Of a stretch of 64,000 bases of DNA, positions 11,957 through 23,857 are shown piece after piece (the stretch's first letter is position 1; each line of letters opens with the position of its first letter). The position numbers and the translations under genes are program-made. Under the pieces are notes generated by a model that saw only the letters and a program-made list of their open reading frames with translations, was not told the DNA's origin and made no database searches. The stretch comes from Antedon mediterranea. Lineage: Eukaryota > Animalia > Echinodermata. The stretch spans positions 11,628,948 to 11,692,947 of the forward strand of contig NC_092673.1 in NCBI RefSeq assembly GCF_964355755.1, in the 5' to 3' direction.

Positions 11957-12762
11957 GTCGTCAGAATAATACACCAAGCCATTTTCAGTTAATTATCGCC
12001 CTGGACCACCGTGTGTGCGTCATCAGAATAATACACCGGACCATTTTCAGTTAATTATCGCCCTGGACCACCGTGTGTGCGTCATCATAATAATACACCG
12101 GGCCATTTTCAGTTAATTATCGCCCTGGACCACAGTGTGTGCGTCATCAGAATAATACACCGGGCCATTTTCAGTTAATTATCGCCCTGGACTACCGTGT
12201 GTGCGTCATCAGAATAATACACCGGGCCATTTTCAGTTAATTATCGCCCTGGACCACCGTGTGTGCGTCATCATAATAATACACCAGGCCATTTTCAGTT
12301 AATTATCGCCCTGGACCACCGTGTGTGCGTCATCAGAATAATACACCGGGCCATTTTCAGTTAATTATCGCCCTGGACCACCGTGTGTGCGTCATCAGAA
12401 TAATACACCGGGCCATTTTCAGTTAATTACCGCCCTGGACCACCGTGTGTGCGTCATCAGAATAATACACCGGGCCATTTTCAGTTAATTATCGCCCTTG
12501 ATCACCGTGTGTGCGTCATCAGAATAATACACCGGGCCATTTTCAGTTAATTATCGCCCTTGATCACCGTGTGTGCGTCATCAGAATAATACACCGGGCC
12601 ATTTTCAGTTAATTATCGCCCTTGATCACCGTGTGTGCGTCATCAGAATAATACACCGGGCCATTTTCAGTTAATTATCGCCCTTGATCACCGTGTGTGC
12701 GTCATCAGAATAATACACCAGGCCATTTTCAGTTAATTATCGCCCTGAACCACCGTGTGTGC
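11957..12762. repeat. 62-bp tandem repeat, 13 copies
   Basis: Unit GTCATCAGAATAATACACCGGGCCATTTTCAGTTAATTATCGCCCTGGACCACCGTGTGTGC with exact 62-bp periodicity. Confidence 0.95.
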
Positions 12763-13266
12763 ACGTGTTTATAGTGGTATTCTTCATTTATGCCCCTCTA
12801 CAGAGTGCAGTGTATAATATTGTGAACTTTTTTCTGATATGATTTATTTATTTTTATTTTTAATGTTATGCTCTATAAATGAAAAAAAAATAAATAAACG
12901 AGAGACATGGTGTTCTTTTATTATTTCATAGGCATGAATTAAACATGAAATGTCTTGTATGTACACGGCCGAAAGTGTGTGGCGTATTTGGAGTTTTATT
13001 GATTTTGTGTTATAGACACAGCGATTAGTGCAACCAATTGGATACTAAATAACTAAATTACATTGACTTATTCACCCGGCTTTAGGGTGTATATCTGAGG
13101 TTAACAGACCACACACGTGCACCATATCGGAGGCATTTTAAGTTCGGAGTACCGCATGATCAAATGTTAATTTTCGATCAAAGTTTATTATTAGTTTGTC
13201 GAAAAGATCCGTACTGTATTTAGGGAGAATTTATTTAAATTTACATAATGTAATATTGGTTATTAA

Positions 13267-14879
13267 AGGGGGATTCTGGGTTTAAAATTGCTTTTAAATA
13301 TCGTTTATTTATTAAATAAAAAATATTATAACAATATAGACATGTCAGAATGAAGAAGTAATAACGAGAAATTGAAAAAATTAAATTTCATATACATTTT
13401 AGGGTAAATTCATGGAAAGTCTGTTTTTCAGCAGCTTGGGGAAGCTCATTAATATTCATGAGATATTCACAAAATCACGTCATCAGTGGATTACAAACTC
13501 GCGACGTCAAGCTTGTACGTTGTGCTCTCTCTCCTCTGTCAAACGACGACCACCCGATCATTGTGAAATACATTTTTTGTAGATTTGCTAAGCTAGGCCT
13601 AAAGTGTAATAATAACAGTAGTAGCATATATTTATTTGACATTTAATGAAATACAAAATTTAGTTCAGATTACGGAGTCATAAATTATACTATTTTTATA
13701 CCTCGAATTAATAGTACAGATCGTATATCGGCTTCACGTACTAGGCTAGGCCTAGCCTAAATCATTTTATTCATGCCGGGGTGAGAGCCATTTCTGACTA
13801 GGGATTCCATGCCACGATGGCTACGTTAAAACATTGGGGCCATTAATATTCATGGGCCTAGCTAGCCTATTACTAAACGATTGGCCCATCAATAACAAAA
13901 CTCAGTGGATTCCAAACCCATCCTATCAACCAAACTCCTAAACAATCTAAACCTAAAACGTTCTACAAAAATCGGCTGTAAATATTGAGGCAAAACAAGG
14001 TCCGATCGCCGTCCGCACGTATGGTGTCCCGATCGTCTAATAAGTAGGCCTAGTTTACTCTCCAAAAAAGCGGATACTGCATCAAGCAAGTAGACCGGTA
14101 GTAGGAAGGAGGCCTAGCCTAGCCGATCCGGCCCAGTTAAAAATTGAGCTAGCTAGTGTAGTAGACCCTATGCGAATTGATACTACTAGGCCTTTTACTA
14201 TAGGCTACACTTGTTAAAATTAGCAATACTGTACTTATGTTTGCAAATATTCCAACTCTCTCATTCGAGCTATATTATCTATACCATTCCGGTAGGTTGA
14301 GTCGACCTTCAATCAAATACTGTACATCGTTCATGTTGTGATTATAGACGGGGTATACTCGACCCGACCAGTTTGGTATTGTATACTGTATCTGCTTATC
14401 ACGTGACGATGCCAGGCATGGGCAGAGAGAGCACGTGTATCGTCGTCTCGCTCTCCTCGCTCAGCAGGAATGTATACGTTACGCTTCATTGATTTTGAAG
14501 GCTTTCCCTAAGTCAGTGCGAAAATCGGCAAACGTAAAGTGCAAACTTATCTAATTTTTCACTGTTTTGATGGATTTTCATAGAAAATTGACTTTATAAA
14601 TGGGAAGACCGACTAAAATTACATCAGATAAGTATAATTTTACAAAAGTAATTGATATGGTTAATGATAACGAGTCGTCGGAAGATTGACCATTTCACGA
14701 ATTTCCTATTCTGTAACCACAGTGTGATTTTGCCGTAGCTGCACTTGTAATCTGGCCTCATTTCACAGCCTTCGTTCTGCTTCACTGGGCGCTTATATAA
14801 ATTGAAACTTTTACCGTTCAAGAGACAAACAAATATATTTTACATTTTTTACTATTCATTTTAAACCCGGAACCCCCCT
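13267..14879. mobile_element. Kolobok-type non-autonomous DNA transposon
   Basis: TTAA on both flanks. 22-bp TIR AGGGGG(A/G)TTC(T/C)GGGTTTAAAAT with purine-purine termini. Confidence 0.8.
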
Positions 14880-15022
14880 TTAAATGTGATCAAAACAGTT
14901 GCTCTAGCCTATTAAACAGTGTGTAAGCATCTAATTTTGTTTCAATTTTCTTACGTTTGGGACATATTACACATGTTTACTATGTATAAATGTTTATTGT
15001 ATTTTGACATAATTGCTTATAG

Positions 15023-15194
15023 AGTAATGGCAAGGTTAATTGTCAAGATGATGTATTTGAAAGTGTGAGGACAAATCTAACATTTCTGGATCATTCTGAA
15101 GAAAATCTGATTCAAGATTTAGAGAAGCAGTATGGTGGTCTTGTTCAGTATCTAGTTGTTCACACAGCTAACAGAGTTGAAGTTACTCTTGAAG
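15023..15194 (+). CDS. TGFBR3: TGFBR3-like exon (end of orphan domain); not in the ORF track
   Basis: tag|AGT...GAAG|gttag. SNGKVNC...SEENLIQDLEKQYGGLVQYLVVHTANRVEVTLE parallels TQGNLVKWALDNGYSPITSY..ANRFHLRLE. Phases 0/1 fit the neighbours. Confidence 0.85.
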
Positions 15195-15450
15195 GTTAGA
15201 ACAATGGTGGTTTTTGAAATTTAATTTACAATTTTGTTAGCTCATCTACAAGGTGAGAAAATATCCACAAAACATTTTTTCCACACAGGTGAAATCATGT
15301 CACCACAGATGTGAAAATATGTACCTCTCAAAGGTGAAAACATGTACCTCTCAAATGTGAAAACATGTCATCGACAAAGGTGAAAACATGTTGCCTACAT
15401 ACTTTAAAAACATAAAAGTATATTGTAAGTTTTTAAAACTTGTTTTTTAG

Positions 15451-15743
15451 CACCTGATGTTCCAAGACCACCTAACTTTTTGATTCAAGATTCATCATTT
15501 GTCTTAAAAGGAACCAACTTTTTGGAACATATCATACATACGCAGTGCAACTCTACTAGTATGCTCATCGCCGTTTCACTGAGCACGCTTAGAAAGTATA
15601 GCATGTCTACAAATGATTTCCACTTACGTGAATCTGGTTGCAATGCTACCATGAATGATACACACATGATTTTTAAGTCTGATGTAGGGAAGTGTGGTAT
15701 GCAGATCAAAAGTTCACAGAAAGAAACAGTTTATGTTAATGAG
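15451..15743 (+). CDS. TGFBR3: TGFBR3-like exon (ZP-N domain)
   Basis: ttag|CA...GAG|gttgg. TQCNSTSMLIAVS...HLRESGCNATMNDTHMIF...KCGMQ...VYVNE shows the ZP-N cysteine pattern. Confidence 0.9.
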
Positions 15744-16403
15744 GTTGGTTTGTTTAAAGACACTTTCCATACATTTTTTCAATCTAATTTAAGGTCACAA
15801 ACTGTATTTTATATGAAATTGAATACTTTTTTGTCGTTTAAAAATGTTTAAAATAAGTCAATTCTAATCATTTAAGCGGCCCGCTATAAATTATGTGATG
15901 CACCCACATTTGGTGCGATATCATGAAGGGAAATGACAGAACTGAACCATAACTTCCCCGATTTATTTTAACGGATTCTGCCTAAAAATAAAATTAATTC
16001 AGCAACAAGACTAAGCAAGTGTATGATATGTTTTTTACCAGCCAGACTTTTAAAAAGTAAATAAGCTAGGCCTAAGCCCCATCAATGGAAAGACATTTAA
16101 CATGAGCTACTTGGGTAGTACAATGTTTTTCTCTTAATTAACCATATAAAAATAAAGTTTATTATTTTAATGGAAACGTTATATATTCCCCAGTTTTATT
16201 TTTAATCTATTCAGTACGGTAGTTATTTTTAAGCATAAATGAACATAAAAAATAGTAGTAAAGATTGTTTATTAGTATTTATATTTCAGTATAATGTATT
16301 GTAGTTAAGGTTTTTGTTTGTAAACTTTTTGTTTTTATACACAGCCTTTCAGAAAAGCAAATTTGAGCCATGTTTTCGTGTTTAAATAAAGCATATTATT
16401 ATT

Positions 16404-16650
16404 AAGTTAAGCAACATGGGGCCTGGTCAGAGCTTGGATGGGAGACAATCTGGCAATATTGAGTGCTGTAGAGCTTGGGTCCCAAGGCACTGCTGACTCT
16501 TATGGCATCCCCTGCATCTAGTGTCTCCCTCAGACGTATTGGCCCATGCCTCTCCTCTCGTCAAGCTGGACAAGAGAAGCCCTTGATCAATGTTATTGTT
16601 AGGACCAGTCAAATGTGCTTTAAACAGTCCTGGCAATAGTTTCATCCATC
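16404..16650 (+). mobile_element. 5S rRNA-derived sequence (5'-truncated SINE3-like element or 5S pseudogene plus flank)
   Basis: 16404-16472 AAGTTAAGCAACATGGGGCCTGGTCAGAGCTTGGATGGGAGACAATCTGGCAATATTGAGTGCTGTAGA matches the 3' part of 5S rRNA including box A and box C, followed by about 180 bp of GC-richer body. Confidence 0.7.
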
Positions 16651-16958
16651 ATTTTTTTATTTATTTATTTATTTATTCCGGTATATAAAAACATTACAAA
16701 AAGCAGAACAAGTCTGAAATTATTGTAGTACATATAATAAAAAGTTTTATTACAGAAAAAAAAAATTTAAAAAAATTTACAATATGCATAAAAAAATAAA
16801 TATACTGTACATTAATCATTAAAATTTATCCAATAGACCAAAAATGCAATGTCATAAAAAAATAGATCATTTCTTCATTCATTCAGATGAATGTAAAACT
16901 AATTGACATTGTTGTTCACAACAGACGTCAGCCTAAACTAAACTAAATGTACATTTAA

Positions 16959-17970
16959 AGGAAAGGAACACCCTAATATCTTACCTAACTATTATAAAAG
17001 TAACCCTACCAACTTAATATTCAGCACAATTTATGTTTAAATCGGATTTGTAGTTTTCTAGTAAACAGGATTTTAAAGCTGTTTTCAAGACATTTGAAAA
17101 TCGCCATCTTGTGCTCATGGCAGCCTGTTTGTGACGTCAGATACGGCCGACGAAAATTTTAAGATTCGCGGTTGCATTCAGCGCTTCTATTGGCTAAGCG
17201 AATCCGCTAATATGATTGGCTAATAACGCGACATGCGGTCATGCAGGACGGCGATGACACGGTATGAGCATGCGCTGGCTTGGTAAACAAACCTTCGATC
17301 GATCTTTTCTTCTGCAAGCCAATTCGTAAATCTTTCAGCTATTGTTAATCTATTGTTACTTTTATTGCCTAGCTGTTTCAAACGGGATTTGGTAGGGGAA
17401 TTAACTGGCAAACCTTCGAAACGGAGGCTGTTGGTTGACGATGCAGTGTCTACTTTATTTTCGTTCAACACGAGTTCTAGGCCTAGTAAGGCATACAGTA
17501 CAGATACACTGGCCGAAAGTAAACCATTCTTCGACGGCTTGTTATGCTCGAGAATGTTCTTCTTTTCTTCTTTTTTCCTCATCAGCACGACGCAAAACTA
17601 ACTCTCTTTCTGTATATTCTGGTTCCAAATTTTTTGAATTATAAAAACTCCAAGCCATATTCCGAAAATATTAGGTATGTTAGGCTATTTAATTGATTTT
17701 ATTTATGGTTATATCCCGCACTTCCATATTGAAATACTGTACTAAGACGATGGGCGCTTGGATTTGCTTGAATGCGTCCACCTAATCTGACGTCACATAA
17801 TTGCTCTTAACCTGTCAAAATGGCGCTGTTCAATTTCCGATATTTTGTCGTTTAAAAGTCTATTTTTTAACTAAATTGCTTACTATTGTACCTTGAACCA
17901 TTGTAATCATGTTTTTATTACATTTATCTATAAGCACAGTGGCACATTTAGCCCAGGGTGTTCCTTTCCT
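16959..17970. mobile_element. Kolobok-type non-autonomous DNA transposon
   Basis: Perfect 16-bp TIR AGGAAAGGAACACCCT, TTAA TSD on both sides. Confidence 0.85.
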
Positions 17971-18839
17971 TTAAGACAAGGAATGACCTGGTTTAATGTT
18001 TTTAAAATAATATATATGCATTATTTTTATGAAACATCAACAATTGTAATGTGTTTCAACCATTCTCCAATCATGTGAGTGTAAATAATGAAATAAATTT
18101 TACAATGCAATCAAGATGTTTTTGTAATAGTTAGGTGATCATTTAGAATATATATAATTAATATTGTTTTTGTATGTAATCTTTATTATTATTATTGTTC
18201 TTTCTGTACACTATTTTGGTGTAACAATTATCTCAAAAAGTTAAATGACAAAAATTTCACAATAACCTTTTAATTTAGTCCTTATAAGCTATTCAGCGTG
18301 ATCACTCATCCACAATTATACGCCATGTTGTGAAATTACATTAGTAATCATATGTACATAACTCGTCATAAAATTTCAATCAAATTCATTATACGTAAAC
18401 ATCAGGTGTAGGTTAAAAATAATAGCAAATAAAATGTACACATACACAGGGTCATGTGCGTGAAATCATGCGTTAAAAATTTTAAAAGCTGAAAATTACG
18501 TTTTCATCAATTTAGAGCATGAATTAAGCCATTTGCATGTTGTCCACACCTGTGCACAATTCAGATAAGTTCGGCTGCAAGTCACAGGTTATTCCCTGAC
18601 ATTTACATTTTATTACCTCCTACATTCACTATTTGGTGAGTATTGAACATGACGTCATCAAATGGCCACTTGAATTTAAAATTTAGATTTTTTTCTCTTT
18701 ACTCAGCACTATAAGCGTATAATGCATCAGGTCATAGGATGGCATACTTCATCATTTTTCAATTGTATGTTAATAACGTACATGCATGTTTTTATTCAAA
18801 GGGACGAATTAAATTCTAGTTTTAATTACATTTTTTTAG

Positions 18840-19034
18840 GTTCATTACACTCCAGAATCTAAAGTAATCGATACTGGTAATGAAGAATTGGGTTCTGGGT
18901 CGCTTCCTGATGATGAAGATGACAGTGATGGACATCGTGCATCCATCTCTGAAGTTCGATGTCGTTATCCTGTTAGTGGATTATCTAAATCTTCTGAAAG
19001 CTATCGAGATTCATCTGGCCCTATTATCTACAAG
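18840..19034 (+). CDS. TGFBR3: TGFBR3-like exon (acidic Ser-Gly loop, end of ZP-N)
   Basis: ttag|GTT...AAG|gtaat, phase 0/0. NEELGSGSLPDDEDD...VRCRY. Confidence 0.85.
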
Positions 19035-19929
19035 GTAATTACATCTCAACTAGACCAGTGGAAAAGCCAGTCGACAAATCGTGTCAAATTTCAACTCAAA
19101 GGGGGCGCCCTACTTTTCTAATTTAGTTTAAAACTGCTAAATTTGAGAGTGTTAGAAAAACACAATATTTGTAAATTTATCTGATTATCGGAAAAATATT
19201 AATATTGAAATATATTTATAATCGGTTTTAATATATTGTCATGTAAAATTAAATGTCTTTGAACAAAACGATAATCTGTAATTTAACGACAACAGTGCAA
19301 GTGCACACATAATATACCAGTGTGTAACTACACATTCACAAAAATGTTTGTTTTTCAAATTTATTTGATCTTACAAAAACTTAGGGCACTAAATTTTTAA
19401 CAAATAAACATTTTATACAAAGACAGAACAATTTTATTTACCAAAATAAGTAATCACGGTAAACTAGAACAGCACTCTGAGAGTGCATACCTCCGCCTAA
19501 TGTAAAATTCTACTGCATAAGATTTCTCCGGAAGATATATATAATTTTTAAATTTGTGATTAGGCTAATTTCACTACAACCATGTTAATGCGAGTTTGGT
19601 GTAATGGTTATGTATCCAGCATTTTACAGTTGAGATCCTAGTTTAATTCCTGCCAATGACCTTTTTTTTCATCATCATTATTTTTTAAATAATTTATTTA
19701 TTACTTTTTAAATTATTCTATATATTTATTTAGTATAATTCCCTTATAAATAGAAATGTTAGGTTTTTCTGGCCTATTTAATATTATTAGTGCATTACAT
19801 TTATTTACCCCCACATTCACTATTTGGTGAGTATTGAACATGACATTTAATCATTGTTACCTATAATATCGTGTTGCATAAATGCTGTAATTAGCAAATA
19901 AAAATCATAGTACATCTGGTATGTTGTAG

Positions 19930-20229
19930 GTTTGCACAGGACCAAAGTGCCCTAAGGTAGCACTCCAGTTTAGTGTGGCAACTGCAAACAGCGATTCTAA
20001 CCTTCTAGCAACAGTTCGAAGCTGCTCTGTGTCGTCGTTGAATGGAAATGTGAAGGATTATTATATAATTGAGAATGGATGTTCTCCCACTGACCTTGTA
20101 GATATTACTAGAGAAGTGAATGAGACAGTAACAATAAATTCATTGAGCATAGTTGAATCAACAGAGGTGTATGAGGTCACCTGTAAGGTTGCCATTTGTA
20201 GTCCAGTCAAAACAGAAAAGCATTCTCAG
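19930..20229 (+). CDS. TGFBR3: TGFBR3-like exon (ZP-C domain)
   Basis: gtag|GTT...CAG|gtttt. VRSCSVS...YYIIENGC...VTCKVAIC is a ZP-C signature. Confidence 0.85.
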
Positions 20230-20257
20230 GTTTTGTATTTGTTCACTTTCCACTTAA

Positions 20258-20823
20258 AGCTCAGGTACAGGCATGAATTTTAAATATAATATTTGGTTAA
20301 TTGTACATAAATCAAATATTTGTAACAGAAATCAAGACGAATACATTTGTATTTGAATACAAAATTTGGCCAAACCAGGAAGACTTGTTTTCAGTAGTTA
20401 GGTAGTTAGCATAATGTAATAACATGTCTGGTGACTCCCTAGACGGTGAAAAAAGATGGTGGATATACGGTGGATAATTTTTGCTATAGCATGAAAATAA
20501 AAATCTGAAGTTGAATAAAAATATCAGAAATGTAATATTCAAGTTATATTACCTATATTTAGTCATCTGATAACTTTTTTTACCACACCGTTTATTTTTC
20601 ATAGCTTTTTAAAATGCCTCTCTATTTACAAAATTTGTGTATAAAAGAATAGAGATTTTACTGTGTAATTTTAACTATCCCTCCACTGATAAGAAAGTGC
20701 TTATTTTTAACAAGCTCGTGTAACACAAATAAAATCCCAAAAATTATGAAACATAGGGGAAACTATAGATCGATAATTATTGGAATGTATGATCAATAGA
20801 AATTTTTTGCCGGCACCTGGCCT
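20258..20823. mobile_element. Old Kolobok-type MITE
   Basis: TTAA flanks. Imperfect TIR AGCTCAGGTACAGGCA / AGGCCAGGTGCCGGCA. Confidence 0.55.
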
Positions 20824-21256
20824 TTAAGTACAGTATAGCTAAGCCCTGTTCTATGCATATTATAATTTAAAAAAATGTTTCCATTGTTTTTATGTTTTAA
20901 TCTATTTTTGAGAAGTATACAACTTTTTACAATAGATACACCCTTGTTTATGGAGTAAAATAAAATAATAATTATTGGCAGGATGGAAAGTTTTTAAATT
21001 CTTCAGCTTATGTTAAACATTCAAACAAGTTTCATATTCAACATTGAATTTTCAAATTTATTGTTTGAATATTAATATTGATATGCTGTCTATAACTAGT
21101 ACAAAACATTGAATATGGTTTTTTATAACACAAAAAAACCCTAAATAGCTTAAATTTTGATAAGCTGGTAACTTTTACTATTATTATTATTATTATTGTT
21201 ATTTTTTCATAATAAATGACATTCAATTAGCTTGCATATGTATTATATTTTGACAG

Positions 21257-21389
21257 TGTCCTAACAGAAAGACTACCATGCCATGTACCTTACAAGGACC
21301 AGTAGAGAAAGACTTCGGGAAGACTTACTCGATTTATTTTGAACCTAACTTGATTCATGGAAATTTGAAATCAGAAACGCATGAAAAAA
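21257..21389 (+). CDS. TGFBR3: TGFBR3-like exon (end of ZP-C)
   Basis: acag|TGT...AAAA|gtaat. CPNRKTTMPC...HEK, phases 0/1 consistent with neighbours. Confidence 0.75.
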
Positions 21390-21775
21390 GTAATTATTAT
21401 ATGTTATAACTGATTATGGAGTTTGTATTAGTTTAGTCTGTATATATTTATTTTTTTATATTTTAAATCTTTTACTACCATCATTGGGAAAAACAACCTG
21501 TGTGAATGTAGGTAAAAACTGCAGTGTTTTTGTAGTTGTACAGCATAGGTTAGAGGAATATACAGTTCAAAGGTCATAAGAATAATAGCACTGCAGATTT
21601 CAATGGTGACCCCATTTAGTTGGTCTCAACCTTACCAGAGTACCTAAGTTTGCAGTGGTTGTGGTTTAATTTTTATCCATACCTGTAATAATATTAATAT
21701 TAATGCAGAATATGAATTAGTAATATTTCTGACAAATGCTAATGTGTAATTTTTAGAAACTATTTCATTTCTCAG

Positions 21776-21826
21776 CTAATGAGTTAAAAGATGTCACGAC
21801 TCCTACAGAGAGCCCTGCAACTCTTG
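21776..21826 (+). CDS. TGFBR3: TGFBR3-like 51-bp stalk exon
   Basis: tttctcag|CT...CTTG|gtaagt, symmetric phase 1/1, Thr/Pro-rich NELKDVTTPTESPATL. Confidence 0.7.
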
Positions 21827-21998
21827 GTAAGTTGGCTTTTGCTGAAAGAAATACTTTGTGTATAGTAGGGGCTTTAAGCACAAACATACATCTTTAATTG
21901 AAGAAGAATATTTAACTCAATTAGCAGTAGCAGTAACCAATGCTTCGCACTGTTTTTTTCTGCCCTATGTAGTTATATACTTTGCATAGGCAAGTATA

Positions 21999-23857
21999 AC
22001 TAGACATGAAACTCGTCACTTTGACGAGTTAGTTATCCGCACGACAAACGCCACGTGCACGTCATACGTTGGAATATTGCATTGCACACCGAAAAAGATT
22101 ATGTCATTATGACCTGAACTGAAGAATATGATATGTTGTTAGTGCTGAATGCTGTATATTTTCTGTCATATAGTATACACAGTATAATCTGTATACATGT
22201 CACAAACAGTGTAAAATAGGTGAAATTACGGGACCCGTATTTTATTTTAATTTTCAAAAGGAAACGCGAAGGTACAGTAGTAATTTCGGAAGAAAATTAT
22301 CTCAGCAACAACATATTAACGTTTAGAAGAAATTAGAATACGTGAAATATTAATGCGCGCTTTTTTAAATGTAATGAACTATGACGCAAAAGATGAAAAT
22401 ATGACTTTGTTTATTTAACTGGCCATATGATGACGTCACAACATCTGATTGGCGAAAAGTTCACATGATTTCGTATCTACAATCCCATAGCTTCCTGAAA
22501 ACGTTTTAATCGTGATTATCACATTTTATTCTTACGAGCTATAACAGATTAAAATTTACTGTAAAGATGAAATTAATGACGCTGTTAATTAAAATTTTTA
22601 GGCATGGTGACGTCATAAAAATTAAAATATTTTTAACTCATGCGTAAGATAGTTGATTGACCTAGACAATATTAAAATCTCAGAGAAAAAGGAATACAGA
22701 TAGGCATAATGCGCTCCATTGAATATGATGAGCAATAACGAAAGAGACAAAAATCCTATATTTTACATTCGTGTGGCCATACGATGACGTCACAATGTCC
22801 GGTTAGCCATATTGATTCATGATCCGATTTCTACAACTCATCAACTTCCAGAATATGTAATTAAAAAAAAGTTCACCTCGTTGTTTAGAATCTATGACTG
22901 TTTAAAAAAAGGCATAATTTTGACAAATTTTTTAACTTTTTCATCAAAAACGCACGTAAAGTATCCAATTCAACGTGCCCGTATGACGTAATTGTAAGTC
23001 GAAATTGTTTTAAAATTGGTAAAATTACTATAAAAGGCTGGAAAAACATAATTCAATAAAAAAAAAATACTTTTAGCGCTACGTGCGCACCACGCGCATA
23101 AAATTGTTCGCGCACGTGGGAAATTTTGACATGGTCAAAATGTCATAATCAGCGTAGAAAGTTGATTAAAAATTAATTTTGCGCATTTTGAATTTTAAAT
23201 GCGCGTGCGCGCGTAACTTTGTGTAAAACACGCAATTTTTTTTCCACAGAAAGTTAGCGCATGATATAAATTAAAATTTTGCTAAGTTTCAATTTAAATT
23301 GTTATATGGTTTTAAATCTATGTTAAATACGCGAAATTCATAAAATCATGCGTAAGTCACGTTGCGCATTTCTGACGTCATTCACAATAGGAGGTGCACA
23401 ACTTCACGTGAATGCCCATATGTTGACAAAGTTATGAAATGTTATGTTTACACGTTTTTGAGATACGCGAGATACAAAAAGAGAGGAGAAATGCGCGTGC
23501 GCGCGTAACGTCTTGTAAAACATGGCATTTTTAATCCACAAAAAGTTTGCCCTTGATATGACTTAAATTTTCACAAAGTGTCAAAACAAATTTATGCTTG
23601 GTTTTTAGTCTATGATCAATCATAAAAAATCATAAAATCGCACGTAAGTCACGTTGCGCAACTCTGACGTCATTCAAAAATAGGAGGTGCACAACTTCAC
23701 GTAAATGCCCATATGTTGACAAAGTTATGAAATGTTTAGTTTACAAGTTTTTGAGATACGTGAGGCACAAAAATGGAGGAGAAAGAAATAAGAAAAAAAA
23801 AAAAAAAAAGTAACAGGACGATTACAAGAAGTTATCCGCTACTAAGCGGATAACTAA
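21999..23857 (-). mobile_element. Non-autonomous Helentron-type element (HINE/DINE-1-like)
   Basis: On the minus strand: 5' subTIR TTAGTTATCCGC with an adjacent inverted copy, a simple-sequence tract, two about 290-bp core repeats (23198, 23489), 3' subTIR GCGGATAACTAA, stem-loop CTCGTC-AAAGT-GACGAG and a CTAGTT end. Confidence 0.75.

Noticed and set aside
11957-12762. CRISPR-like array
   Set aside because: Units are contiguous near-identical 62-mers with no unique spacers, there are no cas genes, and the context is a eukaryotic intron.
16404-16472. Functional 5S rRNA gene
   Set aside because: The 5' part is missing, there are several substitutions, and there is no T-run terminator.
17220-17644. 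Overlapping ORFs as a small gene
   Set aside because: They lie inside a Kolobok-type MITE and show no recognisable domain or splice support.
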